Positions 32,804 to 44,934 of a DNA stretch of 64,000 nucleotides are shown piece after piece. The position numbers were made by a program, and so were the translations under genes. Source of the stretch: Epithemia pelagica (Eukaryota; Protista; Bacillariophyta); contig OX337238.1 of assembly GCA_946965045.2 (NCBI GenBank), positions 3,100,001 through 3,164,000 of the forward strand, written 5' to 3'. Position 1 is the first letter of the stretch; each line of letters starts with the position of its first letter. Below the pieces are notes generated by a model, which saw only the letters and a list, made by a program, of their open reading frames with translations, ran no database searches and had not been told where the DNA came from.

Positions 32804-34505
32804 CTCTCTCTCTCTCTCTCTCTCTCTTTTTCTCTCCGTCTCTGTCTCGATCTCCCTCCAATGACCCACAAACGAGGAGTTTCTCTCTTTCTCTCTTGGT
32901 CTTGCGTTCCTCTGTCGCGTCGTTTGGTTCACTTCTTCTTCTCCTTCTTCTTCGTTTGGGGTTTGGACGAACCGTGGTTTTTGCGCAAAAGCTGCTCTCT
33001 CTCTCTCTCTTTCATCCAAAATTATGACTGATCGTTTTCGGTGTGCGTAATAGGATCGTCTGAGGTTTTGAGGAAAAGGTTTTGCGGTGAAAAAAGATAC
33101 GCTTTTGGATCCACGTGATTGGCTCGTTTGGCGTTGAAGCTTCGACCCAGACCCGCGTGTTGGGAGGAAAACCACATTCCATTAGAATTTTAAAAAAAAA
33201 ACGAGACCCTCGGTTCGTTCCACATGTACTGTACCAACGTTTTTGTCGGAAAAGCTTCGTGCAGTGAACCATCGTTTCATGGTTCAGCACGGCCGTGTGT
33301 GTTGGTGGGGAGAGGTGCACCACGATTTTGGGTTGGTTCCACACGCACCCCTTTCGTTCGTGTCCAAGGATGGAGGTGAAAACAGCATGGCTTGCCATTT
33401 TCACTCATCATTGACCCAAACGACAACAACAACAAGACTTGTTTTCGTTCCATGGATGCCGAATCCTGGACGTTTCCCCAAACACCCCAACGGGTTTGGG
33501 GGGGGGGGGGGGGGGAGGTGTGATGAACCACACGAGAGTTACCGACACGACGACACGTGTGTTTCCCCCCAATGGGGTGTTTCTGCGAGGAGCGTCAAAC
33601 AAAACTCTCGAGGTTGAGGAATGGATCCAAGAACCCAAACCAAAACAAATGTGTATACGGACTCCAGAGTTTCATATTATTTTGGGACAGTCCTACCAAG
33701 AATCAGAACAGCCCCCGCTTGCCGCGAAACATATGTTGGTTGGAACCGAGAGTTGCACCCTCGACAGTGGGTCGGCCGCCGAATACCAAAAGTCGTTTGA
33801 ATGGATGGGGTTTCTTCGTCCATATACCGACCCAACCACGCACACGAATTGGGAGGAGGAGGAACCCAACCACAAACGAGACCCGGTTCCTTCCTTCGAT
33901 TCTTGTTGCTGGCTGTGGACCAACGGGAGAGGGTCGTCCAACACCACACACCAGCGTGTGTTGGTTGGGAGGGGAACCGCAATGGTTTGGTTCCACACAT
34001 CAATGATCCACCAAACCATGTGTGTGTTGGTGGGGACACACCGAGTACGCTCCACGGCGGCGGCGGCCGTGTCACACAACACGGGTCGGTCGGTCCCACC
34101 ATGTGGGAACCCAACCAATTCCTGGATTCACGAAAAAAATCACTTTGTGGTGGTGGTTCGGGAACCCTCCAGTCCGTAGTAGAGGGGGAAGGTGTCATTG
34201 TCGGGGAGAGAGGAGGAGAAAGGGTGGTCCTCGGTTCCAATCTTGTGTGTGTGTCTGGATTCTACGTACTAACTAGTAGATGAACCTTCTGCTCCTCCTC
34301 CACCCACAACGACGACGACGACGACGACGACGACCAGTGACGGGAGAAGGATTTCACACCGGGGGCGTGACACGGGCCCACCACAACAACCACAAGCCAA
34401 CACCACGAACAAGCACGTACTACTATGCCGCGAACCCATTCTTGTCAAGACCAAGTCCAACGTCCTCTGGGCTCCTTGTTTGTTTGTTTGTTTGTTTGTT
34501 TGTTT
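32804..34505. repeat. Microsatellite-rich intergenic region: (CT)n ~32804-32827, G18 33498-33515, (GAC)8 34311-34334, (GTTT)n ~34477-34505
   Basis: Directly visible simple repeats between divergent genes. Confidence 0.85.
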
Positions 34506-35187
34506 GTGTGGCGCGATTCGTTGTGCTTGGTGGTGGTTGTCCTGGAACCGTTCCTTCCCGCCGTGTGTCTCTCCTACAAACATGTGTGTGTGTTGACGTG
34601 TGTCCATGGTCGTTATTTGGAACAATGGTGTAGTGTGTGGTCCAACGATGAATGTCTTGTCGTCGCTCGAAACAAGATCCAAACAATGTCATGGTATCTC
34701 CGGGTTGTCCCCCCGTCTTATCCGCGACCAAGAAGCGTGACTGATTTATCCGCTACTAATAGATCCGCGACCCAATCCAGGATGCGGTGGATGGATCACC
34801 GCCGCGCGCGCCGCAAGCGGTTCTTTGGGACCGTTGATGGATCAAGTTATGTAGTTGGTCTTGCTGCGACGCCGGACCACTCCGACACGATCCATCCCGT
34901 TGTATGGTTTGGTCGTGGTCTCGACCGTTGATGCCATCCAAACTACAAATTTTTTCAAGTCGATTCGGGAAACGATTCGAGCCATGCATGTGCGCCGTTG
35001 CACCTCTCGCTCTCATGTTGTTTTGAATCTCAAACCACTCTTCCAAGATCCACAACCAAACGACCCATCACAACCACCACAACTACAACCCTCTTGCTTC
35101 TTCCGATCATCATTCTCTTGTTGCTCTTTCTGGTCTTGTTTGTTTCTCTGGCTCTTGAAAGACTGATCCACAAACAACCGATCCACC

Positions 35188-38100
35188 ATGTCGTCGTCGG
35201 GCCGGAATCCACCCACGACCAATGGTGGCAATGGCAATGGCAATACTGGCAAGGGTGGCGGTGGTGCCTGGCAGCGACGACGAGGTGCACCCTGGACAAG
35301 CACCACGACGACCAGTACAACGACCACCACAACGACTCCATCCATGGATCCACCCACAACAACAACCGGCACTGCTGGTACTTCTACTACGACAACGACA
35401 ACGACACCCACCAAAGCCACATCGTCGTGGGTCACGACAGGTGCCACACCCTCCACACAAGTCACCACCACACCCTCTCCCACTGCCAAGCAGCAGGAAC
35501 AGGAGGACTTGGCGGCGGTTCCACAGCAACCAAAGCCAACCACCACCACCACCACGACAACAACATCGTCCTGGGTGCCCTTTTTTGCGACCACACAGCC
35601 CAATGAATCGATTCAGTGGGACGATCAAGTGCCCTTGACCTTGTTTCCCCATTCCCAGTCGCACGCGCGGCCACCACCGAGCTTGGATTCGGCCTTGTAT
35701 ACGACGCCCGTCAAGTTGCGTCCATCACAGTCGGCGCAATTGTTGAACAATTCCGCCTTGCAGCCCAATTCGGTATTGCTCTTGTCGCCCACGTGGACCG
35801 TGACCTCGCCGAGTCAAGAAAAATGGAAAGGTCAAACGTGCTTGACGCGCACGTCCATTGCGCACACGACGGCCGCCGCCGCGGTGGGATTTCGTCGTGG
35901 TGGCAGTGGTGGTGGTCCCATTGATCTCGATTCCCACCACCACCACTTGCTGGGTCCCCTGGATTTGGACGAAGAGGAAGAAGGGGTGGTTCCAACCAAA
36001 AAGAACCAAAACAAGAAGCAGAAAAATACCGGACCCATTGATCTGGATGCCCCCTTGCCGCAGGATGACGACGACAATGAGGATGACGACGACAATGAAG
36101 GAGCTGCCGCCCTCCAAGTCCTTTCGGAAGACGACGACGAAGAAGAAGAAGAAGAAGACAACGCTCCAGAAGAAGCACAAGAACAAGAAGCATTCCCTCC
36201 AGAAGACCAAGCCGCCGATGAATGGGTGGCTAGCTTTGCTTTTGTTCCCACGTCGTCCTCCTTTTCCATGGATGATCTCGTGGCCGCGGCGACTGGCAAT
36301 ACCGGTGCGGGTGCCTCTCCGGCTGTCTTGGCAGCCACAACCCCCCAGTGGATGCGTCCTTCGCACATGGGCAATTCCCAAACCAAACCGGGCGGCGACC
36401 CCCTCTTGTCCCATGCCGAACTCACGCAACTGCTGTGGTTTCCTCCGCCGTCGTCCAACAATCGCAACAATCACAACAAGGATGCCGACCCCCAAAATAC
36501 GACCGCACTCACCAGTACGCCCTGTCGTCGATTGGCCTTGTCGACGGCCCTGTCGTCGTCGTGGGTGTCGGAAGGTCCCCCACCGGCCATGGTGGAGCAA
36601 GACGACGACGAACAAGTGGTGGTTCCCATTCGTACCAACCAGCAGAACAAGCACCAAAAGAAGAAAAAGCAGAATACTGGACCCATTGATCTTGATGCCC
36701 CCTTGCCGCAGGAAGATGATGACGATGATAGCGAGGCAGGAGCTGCCGCCCTCCAAGTCCTTTCTGAAGACGACGACGAAGAAGAAGACAAAGCTCCAGA
36801 AGAAGCACAAGAACAAGAAGCATTCCCTCCAGAAGACCAAGCCACCGATGAATGGGTCGCTAGCTTTGCCTTTGTTCCCACTTCGTCCTCCTTTTCCTTG
36901 GACGATTTGGTGGCCTCGGCGACCGCCAATACTGGTGCGGGTGCCTCTCCGGCTGTCTTGGCGGCAACCACACCCCAGTGGCTGCGTCCTTCGCACACGG
37001 CCAATTCCCAAACCAAACCGGGCGGCGACCCCCTCTTGTCCCATGCCGAACTCACGCAACTGCTGTGGTTTCCTCCGCCGTCCAACAATCGCAACAATCA
37101 CAACAAGGATGCCGACCCCCAAAATACGACCGCACTCACCAGTACCCCCTGTCGTCGCTTGGCCTTGTCCACGGCCCTGTCATCGTCGTGGGTGTCGGAA
37201 GGTCCCCCACCGGCTCACCTGGTGCAAGACGAAGCGGAGGCTGTAGACCAGAAACAAGACCCGACAGAACACCAAGAAGACTCGGACACGCAGCCACCCC
37301 AGAAGAATGCCGTAGTACCCGACTCGAACCCTTCTCGTAAACAAACGACCACCCCTGCGGCTGCAGCGGACCCGGAACCGAAGCAAAACGACCACCAACA
37401 GAAACCGCCCAAACCCACCGCCAACAACCACAAAAAGACGGGATGGTTCATGGCACCGACGCAATCCATTGTCTGGCGGCGACTCTTGCGGCCGCGTCGC
37501 TTGGGACGGCGAGGCAGCAATGGTGCGGCGCAACCAAAGAATGATGCTGAGGATGACAACAACAACAACAACAACAACACTACCAGGGACGCACAGGACA
37601 AGACCAAAAAGATCAAACACCCCAAAAAGCACAAGAACGCACAACAACAAGTACACGATACCACCGAACCATCGATACAACAGACGGATGAATTTTCCGT
37701 CGAACCCACAGCCTGGTTGGTGGGCACACCGGCCACGGCCACCTTGTCGTCGACGGCATCGTCGAGTCCCAATGACAGTCCAGGCAGTACCGAGGGTACC
37801 GTGCTTCAAGTCATGCCCCTCTCTCTGTCCTCGTCGCTCTTGCAAAGGACCAATACCCAAGACGATGAAACCTTTGGCGATCATCCGTCGGGCATGATGA
37901 TGACACCAATGGTCGCAGGCTCGTGGACACGGGCGGGATCGGGCATTCCCTTTGCCTGGTCGCACGACGAGGAAGAAGTCCCCGCTCCCCTCGCCCCTGG
38001 CACGGTTCTGGCCGTGCCCGAAACTCCATCCTTGGGTATTGGCATGGCTCCCAGTTGGGATCACCCATTCATGGTCGATAACGAGGATGCCAATGCCACG

Positions 38101-41100
38101 GGAGACCACCACCACCAAAACAACCCGAGTTTTCATGCCCTCTTGACCGTGACACCCCTCTCATCGGCCGTTGCAACGACACACGGCAGCAGCAATGATG
38201 GCACAACCAATGAGGAGGAGCATGGTGCGGCCAACCCCGAGGATTCCCTGTCCCTGTCCTTTCTCGTGGTGGAATCCATTGTGCATTCCCTCGATGACGA
38301 CCAGGACCAACATCTCAACCTTGAAGAGCTGCACAACACGGCACCACCATCAAACGACGACAAGTACACTCCTCAACTCTTGACGGCTCCTCAACCGCAA
38401 TCCGAAGAACCATCTCTGTTGCAAGACGAAGACAACGAAGAGGAGGGACAGGAGGAGGAAACCATTGAGGATCCGACTCAAGCTATTCCAAACAAGACGA
38501 CATTGTCGATGCCACTCCAAGACCCCAAGAAAGAGCCCTCCATGAACCCAGACACGAACCACAACCGAAAACAGAGACCCCAATTTCAATTGGCACGACT
38601 GTTGGGACGACGTCACAGTCTGGGTCGTCGCAATTCCGTGTCCAACAAAACGCCGACGGTGGAACCACAAGAACCGCAACAGGGACGACGTCTCAGTCTG
38701 GGTCGTCGCAATTCAGTGACCAAGATGACTGTGGAACCACCAGAAGAGCAACAGGAACAACCACCACGAAAGCAGTCAGAGCCACACGACATTGACCTCC
38801 ATGTAGCATCTCAAGCCTTTTCCAAACAAGGCACTCTTTTGCACGAACCAAACAAGCGGACCGAGTCTCGTGAATCCCCCACCAAACGAGACGAGTCGGA
38901 ACCAGTGGTGAACGCCTCCTGGACCGATTTTGGTGCCGCAGACTTTGGCACCTCGAACGTCTGGCCCAGTCCTCCATCCCACGATGATGCTTTTATCGAC
39001 CCGGCGAAAGAGCAATGGACCACTCATCCGTCCTCCTTCTTCCCATCGGACCTGAACGAAGCAGTGCCAATGGTTTTCCCGTCGACCAATGCCACAACAC
39101 CCACCCTCATTGAAGAAGCGGAGCTCAAGCAGAGTGCACCATCGGAACCATTTGCCGCGAAGCAAACGACCACGCAGAATGAATCGACGACAAAGTTCAT
39201 GGCGTCGGTCGAAACACCAGTCCCCAAATCATCCGTATCGAAAAAGCAGGATCGACGAAGCCTGTTTGAACAGGCCTACTCCCCTCAGATTGAACCCATG
39301 CACCAACTCAGTGCAAGTGTGACGTCCCCTGTCCCGTCGCCCATGATGATGGAAACTCCCGAATCGTCCATGAATGACGACGATGAGGACGATGATGCCT
39401 TTACGCCAATCCCTGGCTATAAGGATCCCGAATCACCGGAATCCAACACCAAAACGAGTAAAACCTCGCCGCATGTCATCAAGTCGTACTCCCAGCGTGT
39501 ATTGGGAATGTTTGGCCGATCACTCTTTTACACGGACGAAAAGAAACCCAATCAAAACAAGAATGGGACACTCGTCACGAATGGAACGAATCTTGTACCC
39601 ACTGCAACTCCGGATCCCGTAATTCACACGAGCTCCGGCGAAGAGACGGTCCAGGATGTCATGCAGGAAAAGGCCGTAGTATCACCAAGTGTAGAAACGG
39701 CAATGTCCATGTCACCCGTCCAGTTAGTTCACGATGTCCCAGACGAATCATTTAATCGAGAACAAGATGAGACTGAATCGTTTGAAAACTCAGAGGATGA
39801 TATCCTTGTGGTATTGGACAAGTCACCCCCTATTGAGAAATGGCTGAAGAATGGCGACGAACAAACCAAGTCCGAATCTCAAGAGAAGCTTCCAGTGGAA
39901 GATGTACTGACTTCAAATAATGCACCAGAAGGTGGAAAAGGACTTGAGTCAGTGACAAAAAGCCCCGAAGATACCAAGAAGACTGTAGAGAAGGTCAACC
40001 AAGATGAGAAATCTAAAGAACCCGCTCGAAACTCTTCACCGAATACGCACGCTGATGCACGCCCCGCTTCCAAGCCCGCAACACAGAGTCAACCGACAAT
40101 CGTCAAGACTGAAAAGAACATTCAAACGTCTCCATGGCTGTCATCTACTCAGGGGAAAGCCATTGCGCCCATGGCCGAGGAGTTTGCAACGAGATGGCCC
40201 GACCTGGTGACTTCGTTTTCCTCTCCCGACTTTGGTACTCCAGCTCAAGCAGACTATCATCAAGGGATTGAGTCGGAGGACTTGCAACTAAGCGCGATCT
40301 TTCACGACGAAGCGGATTCAAAGATCTTCAATCATGTGCATATTTCTAGTGAGCAATCGTTTACGGTCCAAGACGTTATCGAAGTTATCAACAAATCGTC
40401 GGTTGTAGAAGAAACACCCGCAAAACAAGGTCTCGACGAAGGCATATTCAATGATAAAAACATCAGAGAAGACCTCCCATGCTTGGAGATAGAAGACAAG
40501 GATATACCTGTCTTCAACGATCACCTTGATGAGAAGGAAGGCATGAAGGACAAAGAAAAGAAAAGTCAAACTCTTTCCACGGATGAGAGACTTGAACGTA
40601 GTTTGAAAGATGTAAAAGACGAGTGCACAAACAAGGAGAACGATGCAAAAGTTCACGACATCAAACAAGAAAAACAGAACACCGAGATCAACAGAGACAG
40701 CTGTCATGTGACAAGCAAAGCACCTGTGCGCCCTGCCTCCCAGATTGACAAAAAGGCTAAACGAACAAGTATTTCTCCATTGAAAATGATTAGACGACCG
40801 CGCGAAACACCTAAGCGAAACTCTGAGAGTCCACAAAAGCGATGGCGACGTCGAAAGGATTCCACAAGAATAGCGCAAACGAACGAAGCCAAAGTTTTTA
40901 TGTCTGCAAAAACTCTTGACTCCACAGATAGTCATCGAGTGTCGAAGCAAAGCAGCAACATGTTCAAGACCAATGAAACCGCAAAGTCCACTAACCTGAT
41001 TGGATCTGATCAATTACAATCTGAAGACCATCCTTTCTTCACAAAGTCGGACGAGGTATTGGCGTCGACCGCGAGACCTGCTGAAAGTTCATCTTGGGCT

Positions 41101-43617
41101 GCGTTTGCCGATACGGAATTTGTACCAACGATGCTGGATTCGAAGACTTCAGTTGTGCCCCAGATATCTGAAACCGGAGATGTAAGTATGGATCACTTTG
41201 ACCCATTGGCAACTCCTATCATTCATCCCAACAAGAAGAAAGGATCAAAGAGTACGGGGTCAAAGAAAACCTTGCAAAACTCGGAAGCCGCCACAACATC
41301 TGATGAAGATCTTCGCGAAGTCCGAAGTGTGTCACCTGTAAAACGTATGTTAAGGCTGGGTCAAAAAGGCCGGGGTCAACGTTCCCCAATGCGTCGTTTA
41401 CGCAATTCCAAGAGACGCAACTCTCTTGCCTCAACCGATATGCACGCTTCTGACGTAAACGGATCAGGAAATTCTCCCGTTGATAGTGATTCAACGACTG
41501 AACTGTCGTGTCTGAACGTCGGGGCTTCATCCACGTCTTCAAACGACAAGCCAAACGTTTGGACATCATCCAAAGACGGTACACCACGACTGAAACCATC
41601 GAAGCAAGTGCCCCCTTTACCGAAAGGCAGTTTCAACTTTACAGACGATGAGCAGACAGAATCAGTTGATAACAACGACGCTGCCGCTACCGAGCTTACA
41701 CCGATGTTAAATGAAATGCCTAAATGGAAACCCGACGCCAGTCCATGTGTGGTAAAAGCACCGGAACCGCCGAAGCCAGATGCAAGTCCTTGTCTTACCA
41801 CCACGACACCACTGCCACAAGAGAGAGTCAACAAACCAGACGCTAGTCCCATGTTCATTGGGCATTTTCGCCAACAAATGTTGAACGAAGACCACGTCTC
41901 GAGGCCTGATGCCAGTCCATATCTGCCCAAACATTTGCAACCGGCTGAAGTTCCGAAACCGGATGCTAACCCATCTCTTCTCGGACCCGTACGTACATCC
42001 TGGTACGATGCGGTCGACAAGCCAGACGCCAGCCCCTTTGTCGACAAACGACCGACCGTCGAGGCAGAGTCGGCTTTGGTTCGTCCGGTGAATCCTCTTG
42101 CCGTGGATGCAAGCCCGTTAGTCGCAAAAAGCAAACGTCTCACTGTTGAAGCAGATGGAGCCAAGAAACGCCCCGTCGTACGGCCATTGAATCCGTCAAC
42201 TTTGGATCCCAGTCCTTTGCAAGCAAAAACCAATCGTCCCACCACAGAAGCCGATGGCTCCAAGACACGATCCATGGTTCAACCAAAGAATCCTTCGACT
42301 GTCGATGCCAGTCCGTTCGAGACTAAACGTCCCACAGTGGAAGCAGACGGATCAAAGACGCGACCCATGATGCGACCCAAGAATCTCTCAACCGTGGACG
42401 CTAGTCCTTTCGAAAGGAAGCGCCATACTGTTGAGGCAGAGGGTTCCATGGCACCACCCATGGTGCGTCCCATCAATCCATCGGCCGTGGATTGTACGCC
42501 CCAACATTCCAGGACTCCTATTCCACAAACCAAGAAAACGATTTCCTCCCAAGAAAGCACAGACGAGATACTTTCTGTCCTCAAACCACCTGTCCCTCGG
42601 AGTCGCAAGTTTCACAACGATGATTCGGAAATGACTCCATGTGGCACAACTCTTCACGGAAACGAGTCATCTATCAATGGTTCAGTGAGTGCAGTGGATG
42701 AAACACCACGAGTTGTCAACCGTCAAGCGCTATTCCAAGATTCGCCGGTGGCATCGAATCCTCGACTCAAGCCTTGTGAATGCGACGGCAAGGAAACCAC
42801 CAAAAAGTCTTCCGCTGCTTTAGAGCTCAAGCCGTCATTTGCCACTTCATGGCCCGCGGAACAACCCCGCCCCACACAGACATTTGTGCGTCCACCAGAG
42901 ATCAATGTGGTGCATCTTACCTCCTCCGAAAAAGCTCCTTCGTCCACTGGTTGGATTGAACAAACTGCTTCGGCAGGTGAAAATGCAGTAGTCAGCATCG
43001 GTGATGCCGTCATGGAACGATTAAATCGTGCCGAAGATCAGCTTACCAAGACTGCGTCCATCGGTGAAGATGCATTAATGAGTATGGGTGATGTGGTCAT
43101 GGGTGGACTGGATACCTTGTCGTCCTTGTTGCCCAATAAGGAAAAGGATACCGATGCAGCTTCTGGAACTGGAAAGCCGCGAACAATGGTCAAGGGTCAA
43201 CCCATGTCCTTATTGCACAAATGCCGTTTGGAATCGCAAAAAAGTCAAGAGGAATGGATTCGCAAGGAGGCCGCCCAAAAGTCTCGCGGACAAATGCGCT
43301 TTTCGACTGGAGATGTGGGAGGGCCGCCGCAACGCCCGGTGTCCATCGTGGGCCGACTCCATCGTCATTTCCAACACCAGACTGAGAGAGCAGCAGCAAC
43401 AACAACAACACGAACCACGCGATCCTTGTCTCCAGTGGCCGATTTCTCTAGCCGCCGAGCAAGTGACAACGAAGAAGTGGCAAGTCTTGGCGAACCCGCC
43501 GCTTCCTTCGATGGACATATTGTCAGTCCCCGAACGAAACGATTGGCCGACCTTATTACTACACCGCCATCCCAAAACATTCAAGATACGTACTCCATCA
43601 ACTTAGTCACGCCTTGA
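35188..43617 (+). CDS. 2809-aa low-complexity, probably disordered protein of unknown function
   Basis: Uninterrupted 8.4 kb ORF rich in T/P/S/E/D, with internal repeats that keep frame. No globular domain recognised. Confidence 0.75.
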   Translation: MSSSGRNPPTTNGGNGNGNTGKGGGGAWQRRRGAPWTSTTTTSTTTTTTTPSMDPPTTTTGTAGTSTTTTTTTPTKATSSWVTTGATPSTQVTTTPSPTAKQQEQEDLAAVPQQPKPTTTTTTTTTSSWVPFFATTQPNESIQWDDQVPLTLFPHSQSHARPPPSLDSALYTTPVKLRPSQSAQLLNNSALQPNSVLLLSPTWTVTSPSQEKWKGQTCLTRTSIAHTTAAAAVGFRRGGSGGGPIDLDSHHHHLLGPLDLDEEEEGVVPTKKNQNKKQKNTGPIDLDAPLPQDDDDNEDDDDNEGAAALQVLSEDDDEEEEEEDNAPEEAQEQEAFPPEDQAADEWVASFAFVPTSSSFSMDDLVAAATGNTGAGASPAVLAATTPQWMRPSHMGNSQTKPGGDPLLSHAELTQLLWFPPPSSNNRNNHNKDADPQNTTALTSTPCRRLALSTALSSSWVSEGPPPAMVEQDDDEQVVVPIRTNQQNKHQKKKKQNTGPIDLDAPLPQEDDDDDSEAGAAALQVLSEDDDEEEDKAPEEAQEQEAFPPEDQATDEWVASFAFVPTSSSFSLDDLVASATANTGAGASPAVLAATTPQWLRPSHTANSQTKPGGDPLLSHAELTQLLWFPPPSNNRNNHNKDADPQNTTALTSTPCRRLALSTALSSSWVSEGPPPAHLVQDEAEAVDQKQDPTEHQEDSDTQPPQKNAVVPDSNPSRKQTTTPAAAADPEPKQNDHQQKPPKPTANNHKKTGWFMAPTQSIVWRRLLRPRRLGRRGSNGAAQPKNDAEDDNNNNNNNTTRDAQDKTKKIKHPKKHKNAQQQVHDTTEPSIQQTDEFSVEPTAWLVGTPATATLSSTASSSPNDSPGSTEGTVLQVMPLSLSSSLLQRTNTQDDETFGDHPSGMMMTPMVAGSWTRAGSGIPFAWSHDEEEVPAPLAPGTVLAVPETPSLGIGMAPSWDHPFMVDNEDANATGDHHHQNNPSFHALLTVTPLSSAVATTHGSSNDGTTNEEEHGAANPEDSLSLSFLVVESIVHSLDDDQDQHLNLEELHNTAPPSNDDKYTPQLLTAPQPQSEEPSLLQDEDNEEEGQEEETIEDPTQAIPNKTTLSMPLQDPKKEPSMNPDTNHNRKQRPQFQLARLLGRRHSLGRRNSVSNKTPTVEPQEPQQGRRLSLGRRNSVTKMTVEPPEEQQEQPPRKQSEPHDIDLHVASQAFSKQGTLLHEPNKRTESRESPTKRDESEPVVNASWTDFGAADFGTSNVWPSPPSHDDAFIDPAKEQWTTHPSSFFPSDLNEAVPMVFPSTNATTPTLIEEAELKQSAPSEPFAAKQTTTQNESTTKFMASVETPVPKSSVSKKQDRRSLFEQAYSPQIEPMHQLSASVTSPVPSPMMMETPESSMNDDDEDDDAFTPIPGYKDPESPESNTKTSKTSPHVIKSYSQRVLGMFGRSLFYTDEKKPNQNKNGTLVTNGTNLVPTATPDPVIHTSSGEETVQDVMQEKAVVSPSVETAMSMSPVQLVHDVPDESFNREQDETESFENSEDDILVVLDKSPPIEKWLKNGDEQTKSESQEKLPVEDVLTSNNAPEGGKGLESVTKSPEDTKKTVEKVNQDEKSKEPARNSSPNTHADARPASKPATQSQPTIVKTEKNIQTSPWLSSTQGKAIAPMAEEFATRWPDLVTSFSSPDFGTPAQADYHQGIESEDLQLSAIFHDEADSKIFNHVHISSEQSFTVQDVIEVINKSSVVEETPAKQGLDEGIFNDKNIREDLPCLEIEDKDIPVFNDHLDEKEGMKDKEKKSQTLSTDERLERSLKDVKDECTNKENDAKVHDIKQEKQNTEINRDSCHVTSKAPVRPASQIDKKAKRTSISPLKMIRRPRETPKRNSESPQKRWRRRKDSTRIAQTNEAKVFMSAKTLDSTDSHRVSKQSSNMFKTNETAKSTNLIGSDQLQSEDHPFFTKSDEVLASTARPAESSSWAAFADTEFVPTMLDSKTSVVPQISETGDVSMDHFDPLATPIIHPNKKKGSKSTGSKKTLQNSEAATTSDEDLREVRSVSPVKRMLRLGQKGRGQRSPMRRLRNSKRRNSLASTDMHASDVNGSGNSPVDSDSTTELSCLNVGASSTSSNDKPNVWTSSKDGTPRLKPSKQVPPLPKGSFNFTDDEQTESVDNNDAAATELTPMLNEMPKWKPDASPCVVKAPEPPKPDASPCLTTTTPLPQERVNKPDASPMFIGHFRQQMLNEDHVSRPDASPYLPKHLQPAEVPKPDANPSLLGPVRTSWYDAVDKPDASPFVDKRPTVEAESALVRPVNPLAVDASPLVAKSKRLTVEADGAKKRPVVRPLNPSTLDPSPLQAKTNRPTTEADGSKTRSMVQPKNPSTVDASPFETKRPTVEADGSKTRPMMRPKNLSTVDASPFERKRHTVEAEGSMAPPMVRPINPSAVDCTPQHSRTPIPQTKKTISSQESTDEILSVLKPPVPRSRKFHNDDSEMTPCGTTLHGNESSINGSVSAVDETPRVVNRQALFQDSPVASNPRLKPCECDGKETTKKSSAALELKPSFATSWPAEQPRPTQTFVRPPEINVVHLTSSEKAPSSTGWIEQTASAGENAVVSIGDAVMERLNRAEDQLTKTASIGEDALMSMGDVVMGGLDTLSSLLPNKEKDTDAASGTGKPRTMVKGQPMSLLHKCRLESQKSQEEWIRKEAAQKSRGQMRFSTGDVGGPPQRPVSIVGRLHRHFQHQTERAAATTTTRTTRSLSPVADFSSRRASDNEEVASLGEPAASFDGHIVSPRTKRLADLITTPPSQNIQDTYSINLVTP
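35987..37214 (+). repeat. Internal tandem duplication (~630 bp x2) within the 2809-aa ORF
   Basis: GPIDLDAPLPQ...WVSEGPPPA block occurs twice. Confidence 0.9.
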
Positions 43618-44349
43618 CAACCGCCACATTCGCAGTTATCAAGAACGAAACATGAAACACCACCACGCAGACAGCATCAGCAGCACATCGTTAAACACCG
43701 GTAACTCATAGAGCCAACAATAGTCATACAACTTCTATAGGTCCGAAGTGGACGACGATGCCCGATCTCCGGTCCTGCTCACAAACTGATGGGCAAATAC
43801 TAACCATACTAGGAGGAACATGAGAGAAATGCGGCATGAAAGCAACTGACCAAAGTACACTATTTTAAAGCCTTGGAATATAAAACACAGCGTAAATGCA
43901 TCATCCAGACCGACATCAGTGGCGTGTTCACTGTTCACGCAAAACGACCTTTGAAAAGAAGCAGCAGTTGAGTAGTCGAATCGAATCGCAGCAGTAGTAG
44001 CAAAGGTTCGATCGAAGCATCATCTATCGAAGCATCACCTGATGACGCACATTTGGTTCATGAATCACATACCATCAGGAACGATACAAACACTTGACTA
44101 CCTAGTCACGCACTCAACAGCTCTCTTATTTCTAGTATTCAAACGTGCAAGTAACGAGTCTGACCTCTCGAGTGCATCCGTCCTGCAACCGACGTCGTTT
44201 CCCTGTGGTGGTGGGGGCATCTTGTGTGCGGTCCCTCTTGGAGCTATATATATCATGTGCATGTGCCTATCTTTGACATGAAGGAGGGTTCTGAAAAAAG
44301 GACTTTGTCCCATTGCAATCGGAGGAACTTGGAAGAGTGGTAATTTCTG

Positions 44350-44934
44350 TTGAAAGGTCGCTCGACCACCAGTGAATCATCCAAGGCTCCCTGCTTGATG
44401 GTGACATACACGGATGGTACCACCGATGCCTATTTGCCCAGTGCCGAAGCCCTTGTTTCTGAATTCCAACCCTCTGATGACCTCCCCGAAACACCGCTCA
44501 TGGAAATTGGTTCCCCAGTGGTCTTTGAAACGCAGGGTCTCTTGTGGTTTGAAGGAGCCGTGGCTCCTTTGCCCGACGCGGTTCATGCTGCCACTCTGGA
44601 ACTTTGGGTCACCTCCGATACTGATACCGTCGTCACTGGACATCGCATGTTGGTGGATTGGGATGCCACCACCACGTGGTCGTCTTTTTCGGAGAATGGA
44701 CCCGTGGCGGGTATTGACTATAAAGCCGATCCGTCCTTTACCTTACCGACCAACATTGCGATTGGAGACAAGGTGACGGTCAATGTGTCGGCCGATGTCA
44801 CGTATTGGACTAACAATCCCTCGTCCAACTCTGGATGGATTCTCATCAATGAGGGCGGGAATGGCTTTGACTTTTCGTCCTTTGACAGTGGCAAACTGTC
44901 GGCACCCCGTCTTACCATTGCCTGTGCCGTGTAA
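44350..44934 (+). pseudogene. DNRLRE-like (beta-sandwich) domain gene fragment, 5' part missing or decayed
   Basis: QGLLWF...AATLELWV...HRMLVDWD...TW...NVSADVTYW...NSGWIL...FSS...APRLTI pattern. Starts at TTG just after a stop. Close paralog of 56088..56678. Confidence 0.55.

Noticed and set aside
33000-35100. Numerous 100-250 aa ORFs on both strands
   Set aside because: Microsatellite-rich, low-complexity DNA with no coherent protein signal. The G18 run may be a sequencing artefact.
35013-37772. Long minus-strand ORFs (e.g. 35725..37122) and the alternative-frame ORF 35858..37246
   Set aside because: Shadows of the repetitive 2809-aa ORF.
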